From assembly GCA_038890745.1 (NCBI GenBank), contig JAWAFD010000002.1, positions 96,001-160,000 on the forward strand: DNA of 64,000 nt, written 5' to 3'. Positions 37,958-45,932 of the stretch are shown here, one piece after another. The stretch is from Candidatus Anstonellales archaeon (lineage in GTDB: Archaea > Micrarchaeota > Micrarchaeia > Anstonellales > J096). Made by a program: the position numbers and the translations under genes. Each line of letters starts with the position of its first letter. The stretch's first letter is position 1. The notes beneath the pieces were generated by a model that was not told where the DNA came from, made no database searches, and saw nothing but the letters and a program-made list of their open reading frames with translations.

Positions 37958-39121
37958 ATGATTGCTAAAAGAACAGAATATGTTGAGTATGCAATAAGGG
38001 ATATAGTAATGGAGGCAAAGAAGCTTGAGAAAGAAGGAAAAAAGCTGCTGTACTTCAACATAGGCGACCCTGTCCCGTACGGTTTTTCTCCACCTGAGCA
38101 TGTCATGAAAGCCCTTTCCGAAGCAGCTTTAAATCCTAAAATAAAAGGGTATGCTCCCTCAAAAGGAGACCCAGAGCTTTTGAAAGCAGTTGCCGAGATG
38201 CACAAAACAGAGGAGGAGAATGTTTTCATAACAACAGGTTTAAGCGAGGCAATAGATTTCCTGTATTTTTCTCTAACAGAAAAAAGCGAGTACATCCTTC
38301 TTGAAGACCCGGCTTACCCGCTCTATCTTACAAAAGCAAGGGTTTACAGCAGGGGCCCTCTGCTCGCTGATTATACGAACGAGGATGATATTCGGAAAAA
38401 AATAAAAAACAAAAAAATAAAGGCAATTGTAATAATAAGCCCAAACAACCCAACGGGCCGGGTGTATACCGAGAAGGAGCTCAAAGTGTTGGTGGATATT
38501 GCGGGTGAGGTGAAGGCACCGATTTTTTACGATGGCGCTTATGATATGCTTTCCTTTGTCCCCCTTCCTGATTTCAAAAGGATTGCAAAGGATGTTCCGT
38601 TTATTTATGGGCAGAGCGTTTCAAAAAATTTCATCTTTCCAGGCGCGCGCGTTGGATGGGTTGTTTTTCACGGAGAACTTGGGAAGCTGAAAAACTCATT
38701 CGAAAAACTCTGCAACCAGAGACTTTCCATAAGCGCGGAAATGCAGAAGGCAGCTGTCGCAGCCGTAAGAGGGCCAAAGGACCATGTTGAAGAGTTTAAG
38801 AAGGAGCTTTTGAAAAGAAGGGATGCGATGGCAAGGGTTATTGAAGACAATCCGGTTCTTTCAGCAGAAAAACCAAACGGTGCATTTTATTATTGGATAA
38901 AGTTTGATGCAAAAATGGATGACTGGGAGTTTGTGAGAAAACTCATGAAAGAGGAGGGGATTGTTTCTGTTCCTGGCTCTGCGTTCGGCTCTTCAAAAAA
39001 GCATTTCCGTGTTGTTTATCTCCCAACGATGGAGCAGATAGAGGAGTTTGGAAGGAGGATGGAGAGGTTTGCTAACACGTTGGAACGACCCTCACCCAGA
39101 GGAGGCGAGAAAGTTGGGTGA
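37958..39121 (+). CDS. PLP-dependent aminotransferase class I/II (AlaAT/AspAT-like)
   Basis: YAIRDI, NIGDP, SPNNPTG, DGAY, SVSKNF..PGARVGW and PGSAFG motifs. Confidence 0.92.
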   Translation: MIAKRTEYVEYAIRDIVMEAKKLEKEGKKLLYFNIGDPVPYGFSPPEHVMKALSEAALNPKIKGYAPSKGDPELLKAVAEMHKTEEENVFITTGLSEAIDFLYFSLTEKSEYILLEDPAYPLYLTKARVYSRGPLLADYTNEDDIRKKIKNKKIKAIVIISPNNPTGRVYTEKELKVLVDIAGEVKAPIFYDGAYDMLSFVPLPDFKRIAKDVPFIYGQSVSKNFIFPGARVGWVVFHGELGKLKNSFEKLCNQRLSISAEMQKAAVAAVRGPKDHVEEFKKELLKRRDAMARVIEDNPVLSAEKPNGAFYYWIKFDAKMDDWEFVRKLMKEEGIVSVPGSAFGSSKKHFRVVYLPTMEQIEEFGRRMERFANTLERPSPRGGEKVG

Positions 39122-39179
39122 GGGCTCTGGTGCGACCCGAAGATTAGATGGGTTGGGTCGCACTCGTTCCAACGTGTTA
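39073..39179. repeat. Nested inverted-repeat element (16-bp outer stem plus two inner hairpins), REP/MITE-like
   Basis: taacacgttggaacga / tcgttccaacgtgtta; ccctcaccca / tgggtgaggg; gtgcgaccc / gggtcgcac. Confidence 0.8.
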
Positions 39180-39698
39180 CTCGTATTTAGGTTGGGCCAT
39201 CGGCTTCCTCGGGATGAAAGAATAAGCACGCATGTAGCCCTTGTTGCTCGCGCTTTCGGTGCTGATGGAATGTACTACTCAGGACAGGAGGATAAAGGGC
39301 TTGAGGAGAGCATTAGGAAAATTTGCGAAAAATGGGGAGGAAAATTTTTTGCAAAGTATGAGAAAAATCCAATTAAATTTTTGAAAAACGCAAAGAAAAA
39401 ATTTACTCTTGTTCATCTCACGATGTACGGAATGCCGGTGCAGAAAAAAATCGCAGAAATAAAAAAACAAAAAAACATAATGGTTATTGTTGGAAGCGAA
39501 AAGGTTCCATCCGAGATCTATACTATTGCGGATTATAATGTGGCGATAGGAAGCCAGCCGCATTCGGAAGTCGGAGCGCTTGCTGTTTTTTTGCATGAAT
39601 ACTTCGAGGGAAAGGAGCTGGAAAAAAATTTTGAGGGTGCGAAAATAGAAATAGAGCCGAGCGAAAGAGGGAAAAGGCTACGGAATTTTTTTGCCTAG
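39174..39698 (+). CDS. trm56: tRNA (cytidine(56)-2'-O)-methyltransferase
   Basis: RLGHR..RDERISTHVALVARAFGA, VHLTMYG, VGSEKVP and QPHSEV motifs; likely GTG start at 39174. Confidence 0.93.
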   Translation: MLLVFRLGHRLPRDERISTHVALVARAFGADGMYYSGQEDKGLEESIRKICEKWGGKFFAKYEKNPIKFLKNAKKKFTLVHLTMYGMPVQKKIAEIKKQKNIMVIVGSEKVPSEIYTIADYNVAIGSQPHSEVGALAVFLHEYFEGKELEKNFEGAKIEIEPSERGKRLRNFFA

Positions 39699-40940
39699 CA
39701 GCCATTTCCATAATGGGATAAAGGTTATTTTCCTTCTTGTTCCAAACCATTCGCTATCTTCTCTACCTTCGTAATCATCCGTAATGACGGTCAAGTTGTT
39801 GCATCTCGTTTCTTTGCTTGCTTTTACCAGCGCTCGAACCTCTCTCCTCTTAGTTTTAGCATCATCTATGCTGTAGCATACTTGTATCAATTGTCTAATC
39901 CTTGTTCCCTGCTTTAAAACGAAATCCACCTCCTCCTGCGAAGAGGATTTCCAGTAATACAAGTTGATTTTTCCGCTCAGCTCAAGTTTTTTCAGCTCAA
40001 TGGCTACAGCATTTTCGTAGAGCTTGCCCATATCCGGACTGAGCCTGAAGGCTTTGGCATGAATAAACCCGTTATCAACGCAATATATTTTTTTGTTTGA
40101 TCCAACCTGTTCTTTGACTTTAAATGAAAACCTTGGTATTTTGAACAAAACAAATGTCTCTTCAAGATAGTTTAGGTATTTTTCAACTGTATGAATACTT
40201 TTGCATCCTGTAACCTTTGCCAAAGTGCTGTATGAAAATTCATTGGCTATGTTTGAGATGAGATAAAGGGCAAGGTCGTCCATTCCTTCTATTGAGCGTA
40301 TCTTATATCTCTTTACCACATCTTTATATATTATAGAATCAAACAATGTGGAGAGATAGGTTTTGGTGTCAAGTTTATTTATGATGGGCTCTGGATAGCC
40401 GCCGTTTCTTATGTAAGAAAATAACCTTTCCTTGATTTCGCTTTTTGTCAACTCGCTCCTCTCCATTTTAATGTATTCATTAAAAGAGAACGGGAAAATA
40501 ACAAGCGCCAGATGCCTTCCGGTAAGATGGGTTGCTAGCTCTCTACTCAACAAGTTTGAGTTGCTCCCGGTGATCACCAGATTGTAACCCTGTCTTTGAA
40601 GCCTGTTGACAAACACCTCCCATCTATCTAGGTTTTGAATCTCATCAAAGAGTAGAAGGGTGGGGTTTTGGTATACTGTCTTCACTGCGTTTATTATATC
40701 ATCATAATTCTTAACATCCAAAAGCCTTTCATCATCAAAATTCACATACCCAAACCGCCCAAGCTTTGCGATACGATGGATGGCAAAGAATGATTTTCCT
40801 GCCCTTCGTGGGCCTATTATAACCTTTATCAGGTTGCTCGTCATTCCAGGTAGTTCTGTCTCTCTTTCAATATACCGTTCGGCAAGTTTGCTCTCAAGCT
40901 CTCTTTTTTGCAGCACCACGACATCCCGCAGATTTGGCAT
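39678..40940 (-). CDS. AAA_14/DUF4143 family ATP-binding protein
   Basis: GPRRAGKS, FDEIQN, TGSNS..LTGR, GGYPE, KIYCVDNG, YENAV and EVDFV...IQV motifs. Confidence 0.9.
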   Translation of the reverse strand: MPNLRDVVVLQKRELESKLAERYIERETELPGMTSNLIKVIIGPRRAGKSFFAIHRIAKLGRFGYVNFDDERLLDVKNYDDIINAVKTVYQNPTLLLFDEIQNLDRWEVFVNRLQRQGYNLVITGSNSNLLSRELATHLTGRHLALVIFPFSFNEYIKMERSELTKSEIKERLFSYIRNGGYPEPIINKLDTKTYLSTLFDSIIYKDVVKRYKIRSIEGMDDLALYLISNIANEFSYSTLAKVTGCKSIHTVEKYLNYLEETFVLFKIPRFSFKVKEQVGSNKKIYCVDNGFIHAKAFRLSPDMGKLYENAVAIELKKLELSGKINLYYWKSSSQEEVDFVLKQGTRIRQLIQVCYSIDDAKTKRREVRALVKASKETRCNNLTVITDDYEGREDSEWFGTRRKITFIPLWKWLLGKKIP

Positions 40941-40971
40941 ATTCCTATTTATAATGCACAAAAGTTTAAAA

Positions 40972-40995
40972 ATTTTTGCATTTTAATGCAAAAAT
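40972..40995. promoter_or_regulatory. 11-bp inverted repeat upstream of the DUF4143 ATPase (candidate operator)
   Basis: atttttgcatt-tt-aatgcaaaaat in the divergent intergenic region. Confidence 0.45.
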
Positions 40996-41067
40996 AACTG
41001 AAAAATCCCAATACCGGGCTACATTATTTAAAAACACTTTCCTTTTAACTTAGAGCGGGTGAGAACC

Positions 41068-42276
41068 ATGCATGAAATAAGCCAGATGGTTTCTTCCTTG
41101 GAGCAGCAGCTCTTGTCTGAATTAAAGGATTTGGAGGAAAAAAACCTGTTGTGGAACCCGAGAACACTTGAGAGTGCCTCAACCCCTTGGAGCATCGTTG
41201 ATGGAAAAAAGGTTTTGATGTTCTGCTCAAACAATTATCTAGGGTTGAGCAACCATCCAAGAGTAAAGAGGGCTGCGAGGGAGGCGCTGAAAAAATACGG
41301 GGCAGGAAGCGGGTCTGTAAGGGCGATTGCCGGAAACATGGATTTGCATCTAAAACTTGAAGAAACGATCGCAAGGTTTAAGCACACAGAGGATGCAATA
41401 TATTACAATACTGGTTTTACTGCAAACTCAGGGGCCATTCCTGCGCTCGCAGGAGAAGGGGATTTGATAATTTCGGATGAGCTTAACCATGGTTCTATAA
41501 TTGATGGGGTAAGGTTGACAAAAGCAGAGAGGGCAATCTTCAAACACAGGAATATGGATGATTTGAAAAGGATTCTTGAGGAGAGTCAAGCAAAGAATTA
41601 CAGAAGGAAATGGATAATTACAGATGGCGTTTTCTCCATGGATGGGGATATTGCACCGTTGGACAAAATTTCCCGGCTTGCGAACGAATACGGTGCGCAT
41701 GTTTATGTTGATGATGCGCATGGAGATGGTGTTCTTGGAGACCATGGAAGAGGGATAGTAAGCCATTTTGGGCTGGAAGGAAAGATAGAAATAGAGATGG
41801 GAACTTTTTCAAAAGCATTTGGGGTAATGGGCGGGTTTATCGCGACAACAAAAACAATAAAGAAATATCTTCTGAACAAATCCAGAACATACTTGCTAAC
41901 AGCCTCCCATCCGCCAGCTGTCGTTGCTGCATGCATAGCTGCTTTGGAGGTTCTTGAAGAGAGCGATAAGCTGGTGAGGAAGTTGTGGAGAAACACAAAG
42001 TATTTCAAAAAGAAAGCAAAAAAATTGGGGTTTGATATAGGGGAGAGCGAAACGCCAATTACTCCAATAATGACTTATGATGAGGGAAAGGCTAGAGAGA
42101 TGAGCGCCAGGTTATGGGATGAAGGCGTGTATGCTCTTCCGATTGTCTATCCGATGGTTGCAAAGGGAAAGGCAAGGATAAGAACCATGGTGAGGGCTGA
42201 TTTCAAAAAAGCTGATTTGGATTTTGCTCTTGAAAAATTCGAGAAGGTTGGAAAGGAACTTAAAATTATCCAGTAG
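41068..42276 (+). CDS. kbl: Glycine C-acetyltransferase (2-amino-3-ketobutyrate CoA ligase)
   Basis: FCSNNYLGL, SDELNHGSIIDG, DGVFSMDGD, VDDAHG and GTFSKA motifs; adjacent to tdh. Confidence 0.88.
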   Translation: MHEISQMVSSLEQQLLSELKDLEEKNLLWNPRTLESASTPWSIVDGKKVLMFCSNNYLGLSNHPRVKRAAREALKKYGAGSGSVRAIAGNMDLHLKLEETIARFKHTEDAIYYNTGFTANSGAIPALAGEGDLIISDELNHGSIIDGVRLTKAERAIFKHRNMDDLKRILEESQAKNYRRKWIITDGVFSMDGDIAPLDKISRLANEYGAHVYVDDAHGDGVLGDHGRGIVSHFGLEGKIEIEMGTFSKAFGVMGGFIATTKTIKKYLLNKSRTYLLTASHPPAVVAACIAALEVLEESDKLVRKLWRNTKYFKKKAKKLGFDIGESETPITPIMTYDEGKAREMSARLWDEGVYALPIVYPMVAKGKARIRTMVRADFKKADLDFALEKFEKVGKELKIIQ

Positions 42277-42284
42277 GTGAGAGA

Positions 42285-43244
42285 ATGGCGGATATGAAAA
42301 ACATACTGGTTATCGGCGCTACAGGTCAGATAGGGTCTGACCTTGTGCCGGAGTTAAGAAAAATCTACGGAAATGAGCACGTTGTTGCGGTTGGAAGCAA
42401 AACACCACCGAGCGAGGAGCTGAAAAAGGGACCTTTTGAGTTTGCAGATGCAACGGATAAAAAAGCATTGGAGGCGCTTGTGAAAAAATATGATATAGAT
42501 ACAATCTATCATTTGGCTTCGCTCCTATCTGCGAAAGGGGAGCAAAATCCGGATTTGGCATGGCATGTGAACATGCAGAGCTTGAAGAATGTTCTTGATC
42601 TGGCAAAGGAGTACAAGCTCACGAGGGTTTTCTGGCCAAGCTCTATTGCTGCCTTTGGGCCAACAACACCGCGTGACAAAACCCCGCAGAGAACGATTTT
42701 GGAGCCAACAACAATGTACGGTGTTACGAAGGTTTCGGGTGAGCTCCTCTGCCAATATTATTTCTATAAATATGGGGTGGATGTTAGAAGCCTAAGATAC
42801 CCGGGTTTGATAAGCTACAAGGCACTGCCGGGCGGAGGGACAACGGATTATGCTGTTGCAATCTACTATGAAGCATTGCAGCACAAAAAATATACTTGTT
42901 TTGTGAGGGAGGATACTGTCCTGCCGATGATGTACATGGATGATGCAATAAGGGGGACGATTCAGCTGATGAAAGCGCCGGCATCAAAAATAACGGTTAG
43001 AACAAGCTATAATTTTGCAGCCATAAGCTTTTCTGCAAAAGAGCTTGCCGAATCTGTTAAGAAATACATTCCGGAATTTAGATGCGAATACAAGCCGGAT
43101 TTCAGGCAGAAGATTGCTGATTCCTGGCCTAAAACAATAGACGATTCGCAGGCAAGAAAGGACTGGGGATGGAGGCATGAATACACGCTCGACAAGATGA
43201 CAAAAGTGATGCTGGAAAAATTAAGGGAAAAGCTTGGTGCGTGA
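42285..43244 (+). CDS. tdh: L-threonine 3-dehydrogenase (SDR/epimerase type)
   Basis: GATGQIG, LLSAKGE, PSSIAAFG, YGVTK, PGGGTTDYAV and RQKIADSWP motifs. Confidence 0.9.
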   Translation: MADMKNILVIGATGQIGSDLVPELRKIYGNEHVVAVGSKTPPSEELKKGPFEFADATDKKALEALVKKYDIDTIYHLASLLSAKGEQNPDLAWHVNMQSLKNVLDLAKEYKLTRVFWPSSIAAFGPTTPRDKTPQRTILEPTTMYGVTKVSGELLCQYYFYKYGVDVRSLRYPGLISYKALPGGGTTDYAVAIYYEALQHKKYTCFVREDTVLPMMYMDDAIRGTIQLMKAPASKITVRTSYNFAAISFSAKELAESVKKYIPEFRCEYKPDFRQKIADSWPKTIDDSQARKDWGWRHEYTLDKMTKVMLEKLREKLGA

Positions 43245-43261
43245 GTAGCCGATTGCCCCAT

Positions 43262-43309
43262 TGTAACCATGGTTACACTGGAACCCAGGCCCCCAAACCT
43301 TTTTAAATA
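43262..43309 (+). promoter_or_regulatory. Palindromic operator TGTAACCATGGTTACA plus TATA box upstream of the radA operon
   Basis: Perfect 16-bp palindrome 43262-43277, then TGGAACC, with TTTTTAAATA at 43300; same layout at 49219. Confidence 0.65.
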
Positions 43310-43390
43310 CCCAAAACAATATCTTCTCAGAACGCCAAAAAATACCCGTTTTTTGGCGGGCGGCCGAGGGGAAGGCCGGAGGTAGAAAAA

Positions 43391-43645
43391 ATGGATGAAT
43401 TTGAGGAAATAGAAAGTAAGGAAGTGGATTTAGAGACCGCGAGTGAGCCAGCACCTGAAGAGAAAAAAGTCGCAAACCGCCCGGATTTTAGAATTCTGCA
43501 ACCGAGCACAGACAAAGATGGAAAGCCCATCCTAAAAAGCGTTGGAGCGATGTGGAAGGCTACGAGTAAGAGCGGGCAGGAGTTCTATGTAATGAAAATA
43601 GGCGAGCTGCGACTCCTTGTTTTCAAGAACGAGCCCAGAGAGTAG
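43391..43645 (+). CDS. Small protein, DUF736-like
   Basis: PDFRI...[29 protein letters not shown]; acidic N-terminal tail. Confidence 0.6.
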   Translation: MDEFEEIESKEVDLETASEPAPEEKKVANRPDFRILQPSTDKDGKPILKSVGAMWKATSKSGQEFYVMKIGELRLLVFKNEPRE

Positions 43646-43653
43646 GTGGAAGC

Positions 43654-44619
43654 ATGGCAAAGGAAAAGGAGGATAAATACAAAGTAATAAGGGATTTGGA
43701 AGACCTTCCGGGAATAGGTGAAACAACAGCAGAAAGACTGAGGCAGGCAGGATACACAGAAATAGAACAGATCGCAACCGCAAACCCACACGAGCTTAGT
43801 GAGGTTGCAGAGCTCGGTGTTGAGGCTGCGAAGAAAGCGATCGAGGCAGCTAAAAAAGCGATAGAGGTTGAGTTCGAAACCGCCTTTAGTATGCTTGAGA
43901 GAAGGCAGAACATAGGAAGGATAACAACAGGCTCAAAAAAGCTTGATGAGCTGCTTGGAGGAGGGATTGAAACCCAATCCCTTACAGAGTTTTTTGGAAA
44001 GTTTGCGAGCGGAAAAAGTCAGATTGGGTTTCAGCTCTGCGTAAATGCGCAGCTTCCTCCTGATAAAGGAGGGCTTGGCGGGAAGGTGATTTTCATAGAT
44101 TCTGAAAGCACGTTTAGGCCTGATAGGGTAAAACAAATGGCAGAGGCAGCTGGCCTTGACCCAAAAACAGTTCTCGAAAACATATTTGTTCAAAAAGCAG
44201 AGAACAGCGACCATCAGATTCTCCTTGTTGAGAAAGCAGACCAGCTCATAAAAACCGAGAATGTCAAGCTCCTTATAATCGATTCCCTCACAAGCCATTT
44301 CAGGGCGGATTACATAGGAAGAGGGGCTTTGGGGGAGAGGCAGCAGAAGCTCAACCAGCATGTCCACAAACTCCAAAAGCTCGCGGATAAATATAATATC
44401 GCAGTGTATTTCACAAACCAAGTAATGGACAACCCAGCCATAATGTTCGGTGATCCAACCCAACCTATCGGCGGCCATGTGCTCGCGCATGCAGCAACAT
44501 ACCGGGTTTATCTCAGAAAGAGCAAGGACGATAAGAGGATCGCAAGGCTCGTAGATTCCCCGAACCTTCCGGAAAGAGAGGTTGTGTTCAGGGTAACCGC
44601 GGAGGGCATAAAAGACTGA
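43654..44619 (+). CDS. radA: DNA repair and recombination protein RadA
   Basis: Hh[38 protein letters not shown] and [10 protein letters not shown] motifs. Confidence 0.97.
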   Translation: MAKEKEDKYKVIRDLEDLPGIGETTAERLRQAGYTEIEQIATANPHELSEVAELGVEAAKKAIEAAKKAIEVEFETAFSMLERRQNIGRITTGSKKLDELLGGGIETQSLTEFFGKFASGKSQIGFQLCVNAQLPPDKGGLGGKVIFIDSESTFRPDRVKQMAEAAGLDPKTVLENIFVQKAENSDHQILLVEKADQLIKTENVKLLIIDSLTSHFRADYIGRGALGERQQKLNQHVHKLQKLADKYNIAVYFTNQVMDNPAIMFGDPTQPIGGHVLAHAATYRVYLRKSKDDKRIARLVDSPNLPEREVVFRVTAEGIKD

Positions 44620-44648
44620 TTTTTAAATCTTCTTTTTCTTTTTCTTTT

Positions 44649-45326
44649 ATGAAAATAAAAATACTTTTCAACAAAAAAAAGCCATGGGCAAGAATGCTTG
44701 CAAAAAAAATAAAACTCTTTCTCAAAGCAAAAGGGTGCAGGTTTGGAAAGGGTGCGGATGCAACCATCCTCATAGGTGGGGATGGAACTATTTTTTATAA
44801 TAAAAAAAATATAGAGGGAAAAGTTGTTGGGATAGGGAGCGAAAAAAGCAAGGTTTGTCAGTTGAGAAAAGAGGAGTGGGAAAGGGTTTATGGTTTGTTG
44901 AAAGGAAAAATAGAAGATAGGATAACGCTCGATGTTTTTCTGAATGGAAAAAAGGTTGGTTGGGCAATAAATGATGCTGTTCTTCGCACAAGAAATTTCA
45001 GAATATTAAAAATAGATGTTTCGGTGGATGGAACAGCATTCTCATTTCATGGTGATGGTTTGATAGTTTCAACCCCAACCGGCTCGACTGCTTATGCACT
45101 TTCAGAATACGGTGCAATTCTCCAACCTGGCCTGACTGCATACGAGCTCGTTCCTCTTGCTCCTTATATGCGTTCTGTTTTTCCATTTGTTACGGATAAA
45201 AAAACAAGAATCACATTTTCAGGAACAGCAAGCCTAGTTCTTGACGGGCAAGAGGTAATAAAACTAAAATCGAACGATGTAATAGAAATAAAAATCGGGA
45301 AGAAAATTCCGTTCGCTGTTTTTTAG
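44649..45326 (+). CDS. nadK: NAD(+) kinase
   Basis: GGDGT, AIND and GDGLIVSTPTGSTAYALS motifs. Confidence 0.9.
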   Translation: MKIKILFNKKKPWARMLAKKIKLFLKAKGCRFGKGADATILIGGDGTIFYNKKNIEGKVVGIGSEKSKVCQLRKEEWERVYGLLKGKIEDRITLDVFLNGKKVGWAINDAVLRTRNFRILKIDVSVDGTAFSFHGDGLIVSTPTGSTAYALSEYGAILQPGLTAYELVPLAPYMRSVFPFVTDKKTRITFSGTASLVLDGQEVIKLKSNDVIEIKIGKKIPFAVF

Positions 45327-45502
45327 TTTCCCTTCCACCCCCTATCTTATCAGGAGCCAAGGAGGGACTTAAGCATATTCTTATTCCCCCCTCACGCTTC
45401 TACCCCCCTATCTTATACTAGCAAAAATGAGGGGGGTTACGGAGGAGCCTCAAACCTAGGGGGGACACTTCCCCCCTGGGTTCGGGGGGTAGTAGAGTAA
45501 GG

Positions 45503-45583
45503 TGATGCGGTGAAACAAGTGCGACCCAAAAGTTTAGGTGGGTTGGGTCGCACCGAAGCCCTCTGGGTTGTTTCACCGCATCA
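45503..45583. repeat. Second nested-hairpin element (16-bp outer stem, shared gtgcgaccc/gggtcgcac core)
   Basis: tgatgcggtgaaacaa / ttgtttcaccgcatca enclosing gtgcgacccaaaagtttaggtgggttgggtcgcac. Confidence 0.8.
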
Positions 45584-45758
45584 GGGGGTCTGAGAAAAAG
45601 ATAAAGCACCCCCTAGTCTAGGGTTAGAAAAAGAAAGGGGGTAGTAGAGTAAGGGGGTCTGAGAAAAAGATAAAGCACCCCCTAGTCTAGGGTTAGAAAA
45701 AGAAAGGGGGTAGTAGAGTAAGGGGGTCTGAGAAAAAGATAAAGCACCCCCTAGTCTA
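45583..45758. repeat. 69-bp tandem repeat, about 2.5 copies, immediately 3' of tRNA-Ala
   Basis: Units start at 45583, 45652 and 45721: agggggtctgagaaaaagataaagcaccccctagtcta... Confidence 0.93.
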
Positions 45759-45759
45759 A

Positions 45760-45882
45760 TGGACCCAGGGGGATTTCCAAACCCTTTTCCGCTAAAGCGC
45801 TTTTAGGCAGCCCAAAAAGGGCTTTTTGAACCCCCAGCCTCCCGAGTGCAAGTCGGGTGCTCTACCGTTGAGCTATAGGCCC
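45760..45882 (-). tRNA. tRNA-Ala(UGC) with 51-nt non-canonical intron at position 59/60 (intron 45774-45824)
   Basis: GGGCCTA/TGGGTCC acceptor stem with G3:U70; anticodon arm CCCGA-CTTGCAC-TCGGG; T-arm GGGGG TTCAAA|T CCCCC interrupted by a BHB-bounded hairpin. Confidence 0.92.
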
Positions 45883-45932
45883 ATCTAAATGTGAGTAATA
45901 TGAATAGAAAGAAATAAATAAAAATGTTTGAG

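Noticed and set aside
37429..38295. Long antisense ORFs (this 288-aa one, also 728-1393, 22077-22667, 53994-54695 and similar)
   Set aside because: They lie opposite well-supported genes and have no recognisable motifs
39048..39173. N-terminal extension of Trm56 given by the ORF track
   Set aside because: It overlaps the aminotransferase and merely translates the hairpin element; family similarity starts at GTG 39174
39073..39179. BHB-type mRNA intron
   Set aside because: No 4-bp central helix with two 3-nt bulges could be built at the stem base on either strand
45583..45758. Possible CRISPR array
   Set aside because: The whole 69-bp unit repeats identically, so there are no unique spacers, and no cas genes are in the window
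45327..45758. Replication origin (G-strings resembling ORB tails)
   Set aside because: No ORB core palindrome, no clear AT-rich unwinding element and no cdc6/orc1 nearby; kept only as a repeat region
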